From Isurus oxyrinchus (lineage: Eukaryota): DNA of 64,000 nt. The notes beneath the pieces are model-generated. The model did not search any database, was not told where the DNA came from, and saw nothing but the letters and a program-made list of their open reading frames with translations. The position numbers were made by a program, and so were the translations under genes. Of this stretch, positions 61,830 to 64,000 are shown piece after piece (the stretch's first letter is position 1; each line of letters begins with the position of its first letter). The stretch spans positions 35,092,001 to 35,156,000 of the forward strand of contig JANJGN010000006.1 in the NCBI GenBank assembly GCA_026770705.1. The letters run 5' to 3'.

Positions 61830-62165
61830 TGTAATACATGGGATAAATTGGGATAACCTGTAAATACATTGGATACAGTCTTGGGGTGAGGTGTAGCATA
61901 AGGGTCTGGCACATAAATGGTTAAAGTGAGACCGAGTACAATACCACCCACACAGTGATGTAAAAGAATGCATGACCCGCATCTAGGGGTCAGTGTAGTG
62001 TTGGACAGAGCCGTGTGTAGAAGCAAGCATGGAGACAGCTCCTAGCTTGGACATTTATTGTACCTACGTATATAGTTTCTAGTAGTTAATAAATACTTAC
62101 TGTTGAATTACCTAAGACTATGAATACCTTATTAAGATCTACCAAGCTACGCCCAACACCTTACA
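61830..62165 (+). mobile_element. Probable solo LTR (336 bp)
   Basis: TGTAA...TTACA termini and AATAAA at about 62088. The flanks AATGA and ACAGA match only partly. Confidence 0.5.
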
Positions 62166-64000
62166 ACAGAAGCCATTATTGTAGTTACCAAGAATTGACA
62201 TATTTCAACTTGGGAGTGACAGTACCTAGACCTTTAAAAAGAACTGCAGAAATTGTCACTATTACATCTAATATTACAAAGTTTACCATTGTGTAGGAGG
62301 AAACTTTTTAACATTGCTGTCACCAATTTTTCATCATCTTTACTTGAGCCATAGAGCTGAAGTAGGTATCTGTTCAATTCTCTACTTTTTGATAAAAAGA
62401 TATTCAGAACTCTTTTTTTCCCATATGCTTGCAGTCATGACAAAGCATGTTGAAACGTATCATAGCATCTACTATCTTGATGAAAATGACAGCTCTTCTG
62501 AACCTTCTCCTTCTCAAATAGAATAGTTTTACCAAACTCTCTCTAATGAACGTAGCGCCCCTTTGAGTGGCTGGGAACCTGTTTATAAATGAATGCTTGT
62601 TCAAGGATAGGCTGGTAATATATTCGAAGGTTCTTATTATAGGATTATATGTTTTCAATAGGCCAGGCTACATGACAAAGGAGGTCAATAAAAACTTGTT
62701 TCTAAAAGAAACAGCTTGCACTCAGCAGCAAGCAAGTTCCACAGATAAAGCTGAGAAAAGTTTTTTTGACGGGAATTAAAATTGCTTTAAATAGACCTAA
62801 TGTGCTATGGGATTTGGCTACCTCTCATGCAATCTGAAAACTCTTGGTACACATATATTTTTCTATGCAGCTATGTAAATTATTGACAGATATGATCAAA
62901 ATGTATATGAGTGGATCTATGGAAGGTTGTGTGACTGGATAGAGGCTCCCGGCCATCAGGCATTAGATTTCAGTTCAATTTGCTACTGCTAGATTTGCTG
63001 TGCCCTTCACCTTTTACTGGATGCGTTCATCAATACAAAGAAATCAGCTCTTTATTTTCTTTAAACTGAAGTGAATTTTTTGCCTGTGTTTTATGTTAAA
63101 TACTTGTTGGTGAAGAAGATCAGGGCTATTGCGAATGACAAGAAGAGAAGATTGATGAACGATGCTGGAACAGAAACTATAGAAACAGAAATTCTAGCTT
63201 GGAGTCAATATAGAAGCACAGTCAGATATTTAAAAGAATGTGGTCAAGAATGTCCCATAGGGGACGTTTGGTCATTGTGTTATAACACCTGGCGGTAGTA
63301 AATATTAGTGTCATGTAATAGACTTTTAAAAGCTCTCATACCAAGAATGATAAGGTAAAAAGTGTCCAGTCCTTAGCATATTCTACCAAATTGCCGTGCT
63401 AGTTTTTTTATTTTTTTGTCAGATCACATTTTTTCTATTATAACAGGAATATTTCCATATACATTGATAGTGCCAGAATTCTCCTGCTGAAGCTCATGAG
63501 GTTGTTTGACATTGTGTTAAAGGGTGTTAATCTTGCATTGTCTGTTACACTGTGCACACTAATATGTAAATACTGAATTTGAATAAGCACATGCTGGTTA
63601 GTTTGTTGAGAAGTCTGCCTCACATTTCTTCAGACAACTTCTGTTTGACAGTCTAACTGATTCAATGGCAGTAATAACAATACTTTCTAGGAATGAACTG
63701 CAAGTGTAATCATCTTGTGCTAGAGAAATAGTGCTATTCTCATCACAAGCATGATAATGTTATAATGTTATATTATACTTGCTTGCTCCTGAGCCTAGAA
63801 AAATTATAAAAGATAAGCTGTGCTTTCAAGGAACTCTCATATTCATCTTACGAGTGCTGATATCACTCTACTTGCATGCCCAATAAATGAGATTTGACTG
63901 TTCTCTTATCCTTCACATGGAAGCTTCATGTTATAGTAATCTTTTGATACAAGATTAACATTTGTCAAAGCAGTAACCTGCTATCTGGAGATAAAAAAGC

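Overview
This is repeat-dense, non-coding vertebrate DNA (intron or intergenic), most likely from a cartilaginous fish. That origin is inferred from SacSINE1/DeuSINE-like SINEs and shark-type CR1 3' tails, not proven. I found no intact host gene. The window is dominated by four groups of elements. (i) Six large decayed PIF/Harbinger DNA transposons carry a HARBI1-like DDE transposase and/or a convergent three-exon Myb/SANT gene. Two older transposase relics and about 10 Harbinger-type MITEs accompany them. (ii) CR1, L2, RTE and L1 LINE fragments, tRNA-headed SINEs and a probable solo LTR. (iii) Penelope-like GIY-YIG fragments, one with inverted pLTRs carrying decayed hammerhead ribozymes. (iv) A very young family of 100-330 bp fold-back retro-insertions with ~15-bp target-site duplications and a minimal hammerhead-like motif whose core reads CUGUCGA instead of CUGANGA. 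The best leads are that family (a perfect 137-bp palindrome at 50222-50505) and a cassette of three hairpins with co-varying stems inside one MITE family. Boundaries of old fragments are approximate because they were read by eye.
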